DNA from: Mytilus trossulus | Taxonomy: Eukaryota | Assembly: GCF_036588685.1 (NCBI RefSeq) | Contig: NC_086386.1 | Location: 33,170,001 to 33,234,000 of the forward strand | Length of the DNA: 64,000 bases | Reading direction: 5' to 3' | Translations under genes and position numbers: made by a program | Shown here: in pieces, positions 24,136-38,012 of the stretch | Numbering within the stretch: the stretch's first letter is position 1 | How the letters are laid out: each line of letters begins with the position of its first letter | The notes under the pieces: generated by a model | The model's input: the letters and a program-made list of their open reading frames with translations, nothing else | Told to the model about the DNA's origin: nothing | Databases searched by the model: none

Positions 24136-27100
24136 GTTGTATGATACTATGAATTTTTCAAATGTTGGTATGCGTTTTCTTTTAAAAAATCTACATTGAA
24201 TTGTATATGTGGTCTATGGATGCAGTATAATTCTATATTTATGAAGAGCTCGACTAAACATATTCTTTCTGTACTTTAGAAATACTTTGAAGCTTTATAT
24301 TGTCAATTTAAATGTGTTTTCTTGGGTCAACATTAAATGTTTACACATTTGTTATTGACAATTGTATTTCCTATCTGAATTAATTATAACAATCTTTTTC
24401 TTTTGTGTATCAACCAGACGGCGAATAGAATAGTTCTTTAATATAAATAGTTTTACGTCGATTTACCAGCTGACTATATAACACGGGATTTCATGATATT
24501 CAATTACATTTCAACACATTGTGTCGATACTCTCATGAATGCAATCTTTTTGAAAATCAAACTAATTGTATTTCAAATGAATGCATGTGCCAATACAATA
24601 ACAATAATTAAATGATTATCACAATACACATAGATCAAGGAGGTCTTCCTCGTTTAGAAGTGCATATTTTGATACGGTGTGCATTGATAATTTCAATGAA
24701 CTTTTTTTACAGTCATTGTGTTACTTTTACAAATAGAAGTATTTGTTTTTGAAACCAAGAGTGATATTTTCTATTTGAAAAAGAGACCAAGAAGATGAAT
24801 ATTATCTGAATATAAGAAAAAATGGAAATGAAACAGTTATAGTGTATGCCCTTATAGTTTTACAATTAGGAATTTTTTATTGTCAGAGAGTTGTCTACAT
24901 TTTCAAACATCTTAATGTTCTATATCTTTAATGGTCTATTGTTGAGAGTTATCTCATTGACAATCATACCACATCTTCTAGACAATGATACAACAATACA
25001 ATTCAATTAAATTGTCGACCTTTTGATCTAAACATTATTGTTTTTTAATTGTAGATCTTATGATAATATTCACCGAATCACTCGCATATCTATATGAAAA
25101 CAAAAAAGTCAACAAGCAACTATATATGTCCATATACTCTTACTGACCTAGAATATTACAGTTTCCGACAAAACAAGTATCTATGAACATGATACAATCT
25201 AACCACTTGATTTTTAGGTCATTTATGATGATTATATCTGAGATGGTTTGAAATTCATATAAATATCAACATTGATGTTTAATGAATACCTAATCGTGTT
25301 AGACGTGCAATATTAGGCAATAAATAAATTATTAAATAAGAAAATTTGGTATGATTGCAAATATGAAAACTATCCAAAATTTATGTATTGAGCTATTTTA
25401 GAACTACATGTATATTACAACCTCAGCGTTGTCATGGGCAAACATATTATTATCCGCCCAATGTAAAAAAAATCTTCCAAATCTAGATATCCTTTTTTCA
25501 CATCCTCATCATCCGCCATGGTTACAATACATTTTGTTAACTACCAGCTAAGTTTCAAAAGTGTTTACAAAATATGAATCTGACTGCATCTTTACATTAT
25601 CTCCAATGTACAGACTAGCCAGTATAATTTGTGATGTTGCTCTTCTATTTCATATTTAAAACAATAGGATCGGAACCCTTACATGCATGACGTAAATAGA
25701 AATTCCTTCCAGCTCAATTTTCTACTGAGATTAATAGATGAAATCAACATCAGCAATTTTTATTTGCCACAAAGAGGTAAACAGTAAAATTTCTCTATAT
25801 TTCTATGTAAATAAATATGCCTTAAGTTTTTTTTAAGATTATTTTACATTCTTCTGTCTTTCAATTTTGCTAATCCAAGAAGACCGCACGGTGACCTATA
25901 TTGATTAGTCTCTGGTTGAAGTTTGTCTCAATATTAATCTTCCTATCTATATATTTTACGTTAAAATTACGTTCCAACCTTTTGATTTCTTGAAACAATA
26001 CAGTGTGGCGTTTTTCGTGGAGGATTATCTTCTGAAATTTCGATTTTTTGAAAGCTTTACTTATAATAAAATTTCAAATTCGTCAGCTGTTTATTTTTAT
26101 CCAACTTAAAAAACTGCATAAAAGGTAGCAAAAAGGAACAGATTTAAATATCATCTTTGGAAATTTGAATTCATAAAATAAAATGACGGATTGAAATAAC
26201 AGTTTATAAATTTCGCGTGTCCCAATCTTCTGACCGATTTTCCTCGCGAACGCTGAGTCACAAAAGTGTTAAAGCGGATGTAAATGTAATTGAGAACTTT
26301 ACAAAAAAAGAAACAGAAATCTACAGCCAAATTTATGTAAAGTGAACTTTAAATTTCCTGAAGGAGTTTTCCTGTGCATAGTCAAATGCGCAAAATTTAA
26401 ACACTTGTGACTCCGAGTGTTCGTTGTAAATCAGATGTATTGATGGTTGAAAATACATTCGGTTTCATAGATAACATTGTCAGATCAAAAGACAAGTTAT
26501 TGCAACAGCAGTAAAATTAACCCAAATGATCACAGATCTATGTATAATTCGTTACACGAAAAGCGATTTCTGAGTTAACTCTCATAAGCTTTGGTGATGT
26601 CCTCGTGCTAAAGACGTCAGGAAATACTCTGGGATAATAACAATAGCATCGTGGTTACGGTTTCAGCTTTATAATCTTCTGATACTAGTATGCATTTGTT
26701 GAGATATATGAGTGGTTTAAAATATAATCGCTCTGTCAAGTTCTGTGGTTATTATATTTGTTAGGGAGGAATTTTTAAAACTTAAAAACGAAAGCATATG
26801 GTTAGATTAAAAATGCAACTTGATTTAAATTCACAATAAACACGGAATTTATCTGATAAATCTTACATAATTATATAAGGAGATATGTAGCAAAATTTTT
26901 ATTGTGTCTAGTAACTAAATATTTCATTGTTGTCTAGTAACACAATTTAAACTTTATTTTAAAAACGTCGCCATTTGATATAGTCTATCGAGTTATACTG
27001 CAACATAATTAACATGATATACAATCACATTTTATCAAATAATAGTTTGATAGTTTTTCACAATGATTTATAACAATACTGAATTGCTCATTATGCAATA

Positions 27101-27714
27101 TTAATAAGCAATAATAAAGATTCCATTACTTTATTACAATACACATTAATTAAGTTCATAAAAATACGAGTTCAATTAAATTTATATTTCTGAGAAAGGT
27201 ATTCATTAATAGCTCATGTTATTTATATTATTATATAATCATCATTATTCAATGATTTTTATAGGTTTTTTAATTCCAGCCGTTGACATTATGACTTATT
27301 AGGGTTGCCTTTCTTGAGTTTTTTTGCTTTTCGCATAATTGAAATTCTGATTATGGATGAAATTCTTATGCTGTTGTTGAATCAGAGATTTTGTTTAATG
27401 TATTTTGCTTTTCGCATAGCTGAAATTCTGATTATGGATCCGATGTTTTTTTTTATATATTTGAGATTAAGATTTTACCATTGGCTTAAGGACTTTCCGT
27501 TTTGAATTTTCTTTTGAATTCTTGGATATTTTTACGTTTTATTAATTATGGAGATTGACATCGATTCGATTAATGGCATATGAAAGTACGTCTTGTTGTG
27601 GTGATGTTTGGAGTAATTATTTATAGAACCAATACATCGATCTTGATTTTTCGATTACATGTATCAATTAGTAGTTACAATTTAGTTTACGTCAGAGAAA
27701 TAGATATCCAAGAT

Positions 27715-28505
27715 ATATCCCAAACACTGTACCAAGAGCATTCACTACAGCCAGGCCATACGAATAAAAAGGATTTGCTCCATCAACGATATTGCAAAAA
27801 AACGTCTACAAGAACCTCGCGGTCACCTTCAACGGGCTATAAAAGAAAATACATTGATAAAGGTTTTTCTCGTGCTAACAACATCAGGCGATTTTACAAT
27901 ATAAAGACAAAAAGGTCTACAAGACGGTGCCTTTTGTGTTGACTTCCCATTCAAATTTTGACAACCTATCTCACCTAATTCGTGATAGTTGGAAAGAGAT
28001 CGAAAAACTATCCAAGATCTTTCCCGAGTCACCTGTACTGGCTTTCCGTAGGCCCAAAAGCATTAAAGACTTGCTGGTGAGAGCTGATTTATCCTCTCAA
28101 GCGGTTGCGGAAACAAACGATGGCACACTTGCAAACAAATACTGGATACCCAGACTTTTAACCGTCACTCCACTGGCACAGAATACACCATATTTTGCAA
28201 TGTTAATTGCAAGACTACAAATGTTGTGTATCTCTTACAGTGTAAATGTGCTAAACAGTATGCTGGCGAGTCAGAACAGCCAATTCACAAACGAATGAAC
28301 GGCCATTGTAGCGACTACCAATGCAAGCCAGACCTCCTTCTCAGTCAATATTTGAGATCCCCTAGCCACACTAAGGCAGATCTCAATCGACTGACCACTA
28401 AAATCATTGACCTCAACTCTGCTTGGTCTAAGGAGGATAGACTTGCTCGGGAAAGATTTTGGATAAGAAAAATCATACTTTGGCACCAAATGAGATAAAT
28501 GAAAA
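27715..28505 (+). mobile_element. Penelope-like retroelement 3' fragment with C-terminal GIY-YIG endonuclease, frameshifted
   Basis: HCTKSIHYSQAIRIKRICS (RT thumb), PVLAFRRPKSIKDLLVRADL (linker), NCKTTNVVYLLQCKCAKQYAGE...RMNGH...RERFWI (GIY-YIG). Confidence 0.88.
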
Positions 28506-28552
28506 GATATAGCTCGACTCCGTGCAGTGCTCAACATTTAGGTTATATTACT

Positions 28553-29762
28553 TATTAGGTCTTTCCACTTTTCTGTGGAAAGACCTATTGTTTTTCTTCT
28601 GATTATTTTTTTTTTTTTTTTTTTTTCTTCCGCCTAATTTTGTTCTTGCGATAAACATTTGTTTCGCAATATGTCGCTTAGATATTTGGTGTATGATATC
28701 GAACAGTTTATGCGCTTTTGAAATTTACCCTGCGTAAACGAATACTTTTCTTTGTAGGAGTTATCTCCCCAAACACTGTTTTCCTTGTTAGCGCATCTCC
28801 TTCGCAACCGTAAAAGATTATGACAAATTTATTTTACAAAATTGCTCGTTATATCCTTCGCATGATTTGTCCTATTTGACCGAAGCGATATGACCGCTCC
28901 ATATGAGAGTTATTTCCCCTTATGCATCTGATATAAGTGATATGAATTTCTATCTTATAAATCATAAGTGATAGAGACCTAGGATCTTTTGATTTGAGGT
29001 CCTTGGTCCCAAAAAATGAAAATTAGGTCAAGGTCAAAGGTCAAGGTCATATTCTAATATTTGAATTTGGCTTATTTTCACTTATATCCAAAGACTGTAT
29101 AAGATATCAACAAATTATTTTTACTAAATTGTTAGTTGCGACATGTCGTAAGATGTAAATTTTGATTGCAAGCGTACGTTGAATGTAAAAGGGAGTTTTC
29201 TCCCCTCTTGTATTTAAAAATACACGTTTGGTGATATAACTCATTAACTAAATATAATAAAGACCTATGGTCTTTTGATTTGAGGTCCTTGGTTTATGAA
29301 TTTGAAATTGATCTCAAGGTCATAGCTTAATTTGACGTTCTAGATTTTGACCTTTGCTTTTATTCTATATGTATACATGATAAAGATATACAACTTTTAG
29401 AAAAAGATATCAAACCATTTAACCTTGTAAAAAACAACCGGAAGTGACCTTTTGTAAACCGGACATAGCTATTTTTTTGTACTTCATTAAAATAAAAGTA
29501 TATAGAACCAGATATTTTTGGAATCAGTGTCAAGTAAATATACAAATATAATCGGAAGTAACATTTTTCAAACCGGAAGTAAAAAATTATCTCTCTTATT
29601 TAAAAAAAATGTATGGAAACAATATATTTTTGGAATCAGCTTACTAGGAGCTATCATTTGACGATTGAAATGACATTTTAAACTTAGTTTCACAACTTTT
29701 CATATCAAAATACATTGTTTTGATGGAAAGACCTTCAATTGTTCTCTGAACAATTGGTTTTT
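28553..29762 (+). mobile_element. Apparently complete HINE (non-autonomous Helentron-type element)
   Basis: 5' hairpin TAGGTCTTTCCAC-TTTTCT-GTGGAAAGACCTA and a T-tract. Internal repeats tcttttgatttgaggtccttggt near 28985 and 29271. 3' subterminal GGAAAGACCT near 29725, hairpin CAATTGTTC-TCT-GAACAATTG and a T-run. Confidence 0.72.
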
Positions 29763-31024
29763 AATTATTACAGTCTTTGTTTCTTTTTCTTAACCTTTTT
29801 CATTTATTAAATAAATTTGTTGAAGATACCAATTTAAATTGCTTAATTTTTTGATGGATGTATAAGTACCAAGCCACGTTCTTCTAGTTATACTTAGTAA
29901 AAAAATATTATTACATTTTAACGGCCGTGTGTTTGCGATGTGTAAATATTTAGACTCTGTTGTAGCTACTTTACTCTTTCAATTTCAAATATTTTTAAAT
30001 TTAGATCGTTCAGTGCTGTCTATTTGGTAATTTTACAGACGTTATCATGCTTATACATATTATACCATCATAATTGTCGTTCCCGATAAAGTTTTAGAAT
30101 TGTGCTAGTTCAAATCGCACATTATTATTTGTATTCAAAGCATATATGTGAACTCTCTGTTGCATTAAACCAAATAACCTATGTCATGTTTAACACATTT
30201 TTAGAATGGTACAAGCGTCTTAACTTATGTTCGGTTTCATTTTTTTATTGTATAAATTTCAAAATTTAGTAAAAGTTAAAACTAAGAAGATTTAAAGATG
30301 ATTAATTTAACATCAGAATCTGACTAAGGAAGGATATATGTTATCCGAAATATTTATAAATAATTACATTTATAGTAACGTTTTTTTGTATTTGGGGCTG
30401 TTGTGTAAACTTTTCAAGTCGTTTATATATTTATTTATTGTGTACTTGTATTGTTACTCGTAACGATCCAGCGCCCTCGTGGGGAAAATCGATGACTACT
30501 ATTCAGACGTTTTATATATATATATATATATATAAGCATAAACAATATATCGGCCATTGTCAGTCTTGTCAAATCTATTTATTTTTTATATTTATAAACA
30601 AATCATGACAAATTATCAAAAACAGATGATTTTATTTTAAATATCATAAAATAATGAGAAATGGAAATCAAATTGAATCAAAAAAACAAATCAACTTATT
30701 TTGTCGAGTTGCAAACAGTCTCTTTAATCAAATGCAGTATGTCGTCATTTGCTATTTGCGGTCAAAATATATAGCAACATGTCCAAATTTATATTTTACA
30801 CATTCTATCAAATGACAAGATTATATTATACTTAATATGTTAATTATACTGTTTAAATGATATTCAATGTTGGAGAGCAATACTTCAGGGTCAATCACAT
30901 TAAAACATTACACATTTTGATTTTATGAATGGTTTTAACTTTACTACAAAATAGGATTTAAATATACTTCTCAAATTAAGACAAAATTGAATACGTTAAA
31001 AGATTTTGAATTTCTTCTATATCA

Positions 31025-31600
31025 AATAAAGGCAACAGTAGTATACCGCTGTTCAAAGGTCACAAATCCATGGACAAAAACAAAATCGGGGTAACAAACT
31101 AAAACTGAGGGAAACGTATTAAATATAAGAGGAAAACAACGACACAACATTAAAATGTAACACACACAGAAACGGACGAAGCATTAGACAAAATCATATG
31201 AGAATAACAAATACAACATCAAAACCAAATACATGAATTTGGGATAGATAGGTACTGTGACACGTCTTATAGTAATGTGAATTCACACTCAAAAATGAGA
31301 GAAAACAAATGACACAACGGAAACACAACGATAAAATGTAACACACATAGAAACGAATTAAAATGTAACAATGGCTATATTCCTTACTTGGTACAGGAAA
31401 TTTTCAAAGGAAAAAATGGTGGGTTGAACCTGGTTTTGTGGCATGCTAAACCTTCCTATTTTATAGCCATGTGAAATACAACATTAAAATGACAACATAA
31501 TATTACAGGACTACAAAATAAATAAATAAGAGAACACAATTGACAAAAAAACCACACGAATAAAAGCTAACAAAAGGAAACAAGTTTAAAATTTTGATTT
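31025..31600 (-). repeat. Interspersed repeat (family B) with an internal duplicated motif, adjoining a decayed retrozyme piece (about 31610-31730)
   Basis: Its end cagtagtataccg also occurs near 6387. The motif taaaatgtaacacaca is repeated near 31151 and 31333. It shares the cctgtaccaagt core with other families. Confidence 0.5.
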
Positions 31601-33017
31601 GCCAGAAGTGCATTTTGTCCACACAATACTTTATAGTGACGCCCAGATACAAGTACAAAGTTGAACAGCATCTAGGACCAAAAGTTCTAAAAAGTTGTGC
31701 CAAAAACGGCCAGGGCTTTCTGTAAGTTACCAGAACTATCAAAAATATTCAAACAAACGCAAACTTGTGTAAACAGTATACGCATATAGAATAAATCATA
31801 TCTATGAATATGATATTCAGTTTTTGAGAAAAAATGACCATTCGTCAATTGTTTTTTTTTGTATTGATTTTAGGTTATATTATGATTGTTGTGTTGTCAA
31901 ATTTAAGCATGATAGGTAGACAATTAAGATAAATATTATTATTGATTGACAGTTTTAATTGTCACAATTCGCATCTGGTGCAGTGAAATGTGTACTGTGA
32001 TTGAAATGAAACATTTCAGGCAGATTTCATTTTGTCTTTTCCGGTATTGAAACGGGTCTGACAAAACATAAGTCTATTGTAGGATAAAGGAAAGTTTGGT
32101 GGAAGCCAAGGCTCCGTTTCAAAGACCGTACTATGACCTATAATGGTTTACTTTTAGATGTTTTGACAAGGTAGAACAGTTCATTGGACCCACGCCTATG
32201 CTTCTTATATCTATACACACTTTGTCAAACGAGAGGATATTTTGTAAAATGCAATGCCGAAGCACTAAATAAATATTTGAAAAACAAACATATGAAGATA
32301 GCTCTATATAATTATCTGCGTAAATACTATAAGATGATGTATTGTACTTGAAACATAACAACGAAACAAATAAGAAGGCATTAAATGAATTAGAAATAAA
32401 ATTAGAATTAGAAATTAGAAACCGATTACGGATATTTACTTGGGCTACAATTTAAAGTGGGGAGGCCAAGTTCAAATACAAATTAGAAGAGCACTTTACG
32501 ACAAATATTACAAACCTATTTGTCCAAGTGGGAGAATGACATCGTAGCCTGGCCATGGGAAAGGGACAAGCCTTAACTTTTTTATTAGCATATGATCTGA
32601 AATTTTATAGATTCTATTAATTTTATAGACAAAACATTACTGATTTCTGTTTAGTCATTTGACTCGTAATGTTTGAAACAAATAGAAGCAAATTATGCTC
32701 TTTAGTGAATTTTTATGACAGTTCTTTTGTTCAATTAAAAAAAAGTAGGCATCTCGTTAAGAATAATCGTCAAAACTACAAACGATTCATATTGACTCAT
32801 ATAATTGCATCTTTCTAATGGTTAGAATATAGAATAGGCCACTCATTAATAAAAAAAATGTAAACTGATACTTGAAACACAGCTGTTTACCAAGTAATAA
32901 AATTAAATTCATCATGAAAATAATGAATGATAATCAATTTCAGATTTTTTTACAAAAGATTATAAATTCATAATATTTTTTGGGGTTATACATATACATG
33001 TCTGAGTGTAAGTAATT

Positions 33018-34034
33018 ATGAATACATGTATATCAGACAATTTAATTTATGATAATACTAGCATTTACGCAAATGGTTTTTTGCTAGATCAAATATCATC
33101 ATGGCTATGGATAATCTGTTCACCAGTAATTTTTCTTCTAGGATTATTTGGAAACAGTTTGACAATTTATATATTAATTTGTATGGAGTTTTGGACGAAT
33201 GCAACATTCTCTTTTCTTTTGATTCTATCACTTTCCGATACCACAGTACTTTGCGTTGGACTAATACGGAAGTGGATCCTAGAATTGTTTGAAACTGACG
33301 TCAGAGCACTAAGTAATATCGGATGTAAGATTAATTTGTTTTTGGTCTACTTTTCGATGCACTTATCTTCCTGGACTTTAGTTTGTGTAACAGCCGAACG
33401 TTTTGTAAAAGTTCGATTTCCGTTACAGTTTGTATCGACGAGTATATCATTGAAAATTGTTTTTTGTTATATCTTCATAATTGTTATGTGTATTTGCGCT
33501 GATTGTCACTTTTTCTGGACTAATGACTTGATTATTACTGAAAACGGAACAGCATTATGTAATAGTACATCCGATAAATATTTTATTTTCGAGGAAAAAT
33601 ATTATACCTTTATAGATTTAGCCTTGCTCTCTTTAATACCATTTATAGTTATGCTAACAATGAATATTTCGATGATGAAAACTTTACAGAAATCAGCTAG
33701 ATTTCGTGCGAAGTCGATATCTTTTTGTAGAAGTAGATACAATAACAACGAAAATAACCATATTCTTACAAAAATGCTGATCGTTACGAATGTTTACTTT
33801 CTGTGTTCAACATTACCGATTTCGATTATTTTTGTGGTTGATTCATATGTTCATAATATTTCGTCGGATTATAGCCATTCACAGCTAAATCTAGCGACTA
33901 CCGTTTTATATTTATTCCAATACTCTAACTATACAATAAATTTCTACATATATATAACAATAAACAAACACTTTCGTCGTTGGCTGCCGAAGAGTATTAT
34001 CTCTAAACCATGTATTCCAAGCAGGTATTTATGA
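33018..34034 (+). CDS. GPCR3: orphan 7TM receptor (possible phase-2 donor at 34025; no tail exon identified)
   Basis: 338-aa ORF with GLFGN, LSLSDT, GCK, TAERF, IPF, STLP and NYTINFYIY. Homologous to the other five receptors. Confidence 0.92.
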   Translation: MNTCISDNLIYDNTSIYANGFLLDQISSWLWIICSPVIFLLGLFGNSLTIYILICMEFWTNATFSFLLILSLSDTTVLCVGLIRKWILELFETDVRALSNIGCKINLFLVYFSMHLSSWTLVCVTAERFVKVRFPLQFVSTSISLKIVFCYIFIIVMCICADCHFFWTNDLIITENGTALCNSTSDKYFIFEEKYYTFIDLALLSLIPFIVMLTMNISMMKTLQKSARFRAKSISFCRSRYNNNENNHILTKMLIVTNVYFLCSTLPISIIFVVDSYVHNISSDYSHSQLNLATTVLYLFQYSNYTINFYIYITINKHFRRWLPKSIISKPCIPSRYL

Positions 34035-34714
34035 CTTATATTTAGCAGGATTTCTTATATTGGACAATAATTTCTCTAATTTAAGGATGTACTAAGGTCA
34101 GGTGTAGGTACTTTGACAGAAGTTCTAGATCTGTCTCGTTGTTATTTTCCTACGGTACATGCTAAATATGCTGCCCCATCACACCTTTTGTTATAAAATA
34201 AGACTCCAAATATTCGTAACAGATCATTCACCAAAATTTAAGCAGATCCTGTATTTTTTTTCTTGAATTCTGAAACCCAAATAATATGCAAAATATCAGG
34301 TTAAAGTCCGTTTCAGACTTTTCCCGCTATTAACAAAAAAAAAAAAAATCGAAAAGGAGCTCCGTAAACTATCAATATTTTAGCTAAGGATGTTCCTTAA
34401 CGATTGGCCTATTAACTTAGAGTATCAATTATAAATCTTCGGTTTTTTTAAAGGGGGCTTGCGGGTCTTAATCAAATTTTTTATGTAAAATAGGATTTTG
34501 CTGTATTTTTCTACAAATGATATAAATCTTATACTTAATAGAAATATGAAAAAAAAATTGGTCACCGTTCATTTACGCTCACAATCGGCCTCCGAAAGAA
34601 GCATACGTTTTTGTTAATGTCCTTTTTTCCTGTTGAACTAATAGGAGAAATAGCGGTAATATCGAATTAAAAAAAAGAAATTAATTACAGAAATCGCTTA
34701 AATTTTACAGTTAT

Positions 34715-36585
34715 CAAAAAGTAAAATCACAAAAATACTGAACTTAGAGGAAAATCAATTCGGAAAATCCATAATCACATGGCATAATCAAATAACAGAA
34801 CGCATCAAAAACGAATGGACAAGAACTGTCATACTCCTGACTTGGTACAGGCATTTTCAAATGTAGACAATGGTGGATTAAACCTGGTTCTATAGCGCTA
34901 ACCCTCTCACTTTAATGACAGTCTCATCAAATTTCGTTATATTTACATTGATGCGGCAAAACAACCGACACAATAAATAAAATAGTCAAAATATGGGTAC
35001 ATTGTACATCAGTCATCATCGTATAACAATTTTAAAAGGAACAATTTAACAGAACACAAAAACATCTACTTTCAACGAACACATTGATTGATTTGAGTGT
35101 CTGACGTCCGAAATATTTGTATACGTCACATAAATTTGTCGTTCAATGTGCATACAAACAATTTTAAAATTCACATAGGCAATGTTAGCATACAGGGTTA
35201 AAAAGTCAAAAGTATGTAAGAGCAAGTTTCAGAAATAGACCGAGATTTAAACTGGTCCAAAAGTTATATATAGAATTTATAAGAATCCAAAAATAGTTAA
35301 TTCCACTACGCGATTGAATGATTTTGTCGTTTGTGGTTCAACGTATATAGTAATGCATAATAGAAATATTTCATAATGGCATATAATAGAACAATATCAT
35401 ACTGAAGGGATCTTTTAAAGTACAGACACTCGTTATAAGAACAAAAGAAATACAAAAAGTCGCATAGACAAAATAAACCACCAACAAATGAAAGCCAATA
35501 CAAACACATTGACGAGATGTATAAGTACCGATCCACGTCAAATGGATATCACATAAAACCATTCAACAGTAAAAGTAATATTAATAATAGAACATAGACA
35601 AATGAAAGAACAATAAAACACGTTGTTAAGATGATAAACAACATCAGTACGCAGAATCTTAACATCAAGACCATCGTGTATTATTTGAGAAGTTGATATG
35701 AAATATTTATCAACAAGGTCTTGGACCTTTCGATGAACTTTTTTAGAAAAAGGACGAGACGTTCTTTGACATACCCCTGGTTCATCAACTTTCTACCCAG
35801 ACACTGATGACGTTTTACAATGTATGAGTAGGAGCTGCAAGCTCTTGAATATCGAATAAGTTGATAAATTTTTTTCCCATATGCAGATGAAGTCGGTATA
35901 TTGCTACTAAGGTTGGGGAAATTTATAATTTCAAAATTAAAATCGTCTCGGTGGTCATATATTTTGGTACTGAGATGACTGTGTAAATCAAATTCGAGAT
36001 ATAAGTCTAAAAATGAGGCAGAGGAAGCCGTGTCTGTTGTTTCTTTAATCTCTAGTTCTGGAGATATATCAATGGAACCCAATCAGAAAAGTTCGAATTG
36101 TTTATGGAAAGAACACCATCAATATATCTGAAAGTGAAATTAAATAAAGTGGCTTCTTTGATCCTCTTGTTTTTTGACAAGTGTCTGGAGGAACTCCGAT
36201 TCATATGAAAATAAGAAGAGTTCGGCACGAAGAGGCTCACAGTTTGTTCCCATAGGAATGCCGACAATTTGTTGGAAAAGTCTACCTCCAAACTCAACAA
36301 ATATGTTGTCGATAAGAAGTTCCAGCATACTACCCACTTATTCTTCTGTGTAGTATGTTTTACCTTTTTGTTTGACACTATTAACGAAATATGCCTTATG
36401 AAATCCCAAAGTAATAAATTTATAGCGTATGCTGCCATTTTTATGTTGAAAGGCCTTGTGGATTATTTCTTTTAGGCGATTTTTCAATTTCACATGGGGA
36501 ATGGTGGTATACAGGGTTGAAAAATCAAAAGTTTTGATGGAACTAATTTCAGAAAAAGACCGAGATTTAAAATTGTCTAGAAGTT
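34715..36585 (-). mobile_element. Penelope-like retroelement, 5'-truncated RT pseudogene plus about 950-bp 3' region; no C-terminal GIY-YIG (Naiad-type layout possible)
   Basis: Frameshifted pieces: KTFDFSTLYTTIPH, QQIVGIPMGTNC, FRYIDG (YIDD mutated), SASFLDL, YDHRDDFNF, SSNIP, QLIRYSRACS. Confidence 0.88.
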
Positions 36586-37020
36586 CTAGCATAAGCTAAA
36601 ATTATTTTAGCATGAACTAAATTCATTGTAGCATAAGCTAAATTCATTGTAGCATAAGCTTCATTCGTTTTAGTATAAGCTAAATTCATTTTAGCATAAG
36701 CTAAATTCATTACGTTTATGCTAAAATAAACTTTAATTTCATATTCATGACCTTGATTCCGCGCCAACATTTATGTATAAGCTAAACAATTCAGCATATG
36801 CTAAATTGATTTTAGCGTATGCAAAAATGAATTCAGCTTATGCTTAAAATGAATTCCGCTGAAGCTAAAATGAATTCCGCTGAAGCTAAAATGAATTAAG
36901 CTTATGCTCAAATCATTTTAGCATATGCTAAAATATAATATAGCATATGCTAAAATATAATATAGCATATGCTAAAATATAATATAGCATATGCTAAAAT
37001 ATAATATAGTATATGCTAAA
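36586..37020. repeat. 21-bp minisatellite array (agcataagctaaattcattgt-like) that switches orientation mid-array and resumes at 38012-38055
   Basis: Forward units at about 36586-36720; reverse-complement units (aaaatgaattcagcttatgct, atgctaaaatataatatagc) at about 36820-37020. Confidence 0.85.
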
Positions 37021-38012
37021 ATTAAGAAATAATTCATGGAAGCCATAGATTTGTTGGAAATTTACACATGGCCTGGGCCGTGATATTCGAATTTTATCCT
37101 GAGCGTTAGCGAGGGATAACATTAACGAATATCACGGCCCAGGCCATGTGTAAATTTACAACAAATCTATGGCTTCCATGAATTATTTCGATTCTAATAG
37201 GACAAATAAGTTATTTTAAATACTGAAGCGAGGGTTGGTATGCCGTGTGTGGAGCTGTTCTTTTTTACTCCTTGTTAGATAAAGCTCAAATATTCTCATA
37301 CATCTTTAATCTGCATTAGTTATTTCGTTAATAACCGCTAGAAAAAATATGTTTTTAATTCTCAAATCCAATATTTCCGATTTTTAATTAACATGTTTTC
37401 TCGTAAGCTACCATCAAATCCAAAATTGACATTTCGTAAAGAAGGAGCTGCCATGTTGACTCGCTGAATCAAAGGCAATAGAATAGAAAACCTCAGAATT
37501 CCATTTTAATACAATATTTTACGAACTTCGTTGGTTACAAAAAAGTTTTTATTTTTGTGATATTGACTAAATATTGTTTTTATACTGCAACTTTAATTAG
37601 TATATTAATATTTTTTTAAATCGTAACATAAATATCAAGCTTATTTGCATCCCTTAATGAACCCCTCATTGTAGAGAAAGTGTTCCATGATGAAATTGAC
37701 ATTGCACAAAATATACAGTGTTACTATATTTAGGAAATAAACAAAACTAGTTGCAATACATTAATTCTTTTTTTATTATGCATCTGAATAAGAATAAAAG
37801 TTCTGTAATGTTTTTTGTTTAATTAACATTAGTAATACAATAAATTTGGCAAAGCGTTTGCAATGTAGTTTCAAATACATGTGGATTTACGTGGGAGGTA
37901 TATTGTAACATCCATTATTATGTATATCTCTGAGTCTGCGCTAAGTATAGATATATCGAGAATTTTCACACAGTGTTGTTCACAAAGCGAAAGAAGCACG
38001 TCATATTAGAAT
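37021..38012. mobile_element. Non-autonomous element with a long terminal palindrome, inserted in the 21-bp array
   Basis: 64-bp arms at 37026-37089 and 37126-37189 with one mismatch. ATTCTAATA at 37191 is mirrored by TATTAGAAT at 38004-38012, after which the array resumes. Confidence 0.75.

Noticed and set aside
27321-27440. Short ~38-bp direct repeat with period about 81 bp
   Set aside because: A local duplication with no sign of function.
34900-35680. SECIS element or hammerhead in the PLE 3' region
   Set aside because: No convincing motif was found by eye; a covariance-model search would be needed.
36567-36770. ORF with MNLAYA repeats, or a CRISPR-like array
   Set aside because: It is the translation of a 21-bp minisatellite. 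There are no unique spacers or cas genes, and the context is eukaryotic.
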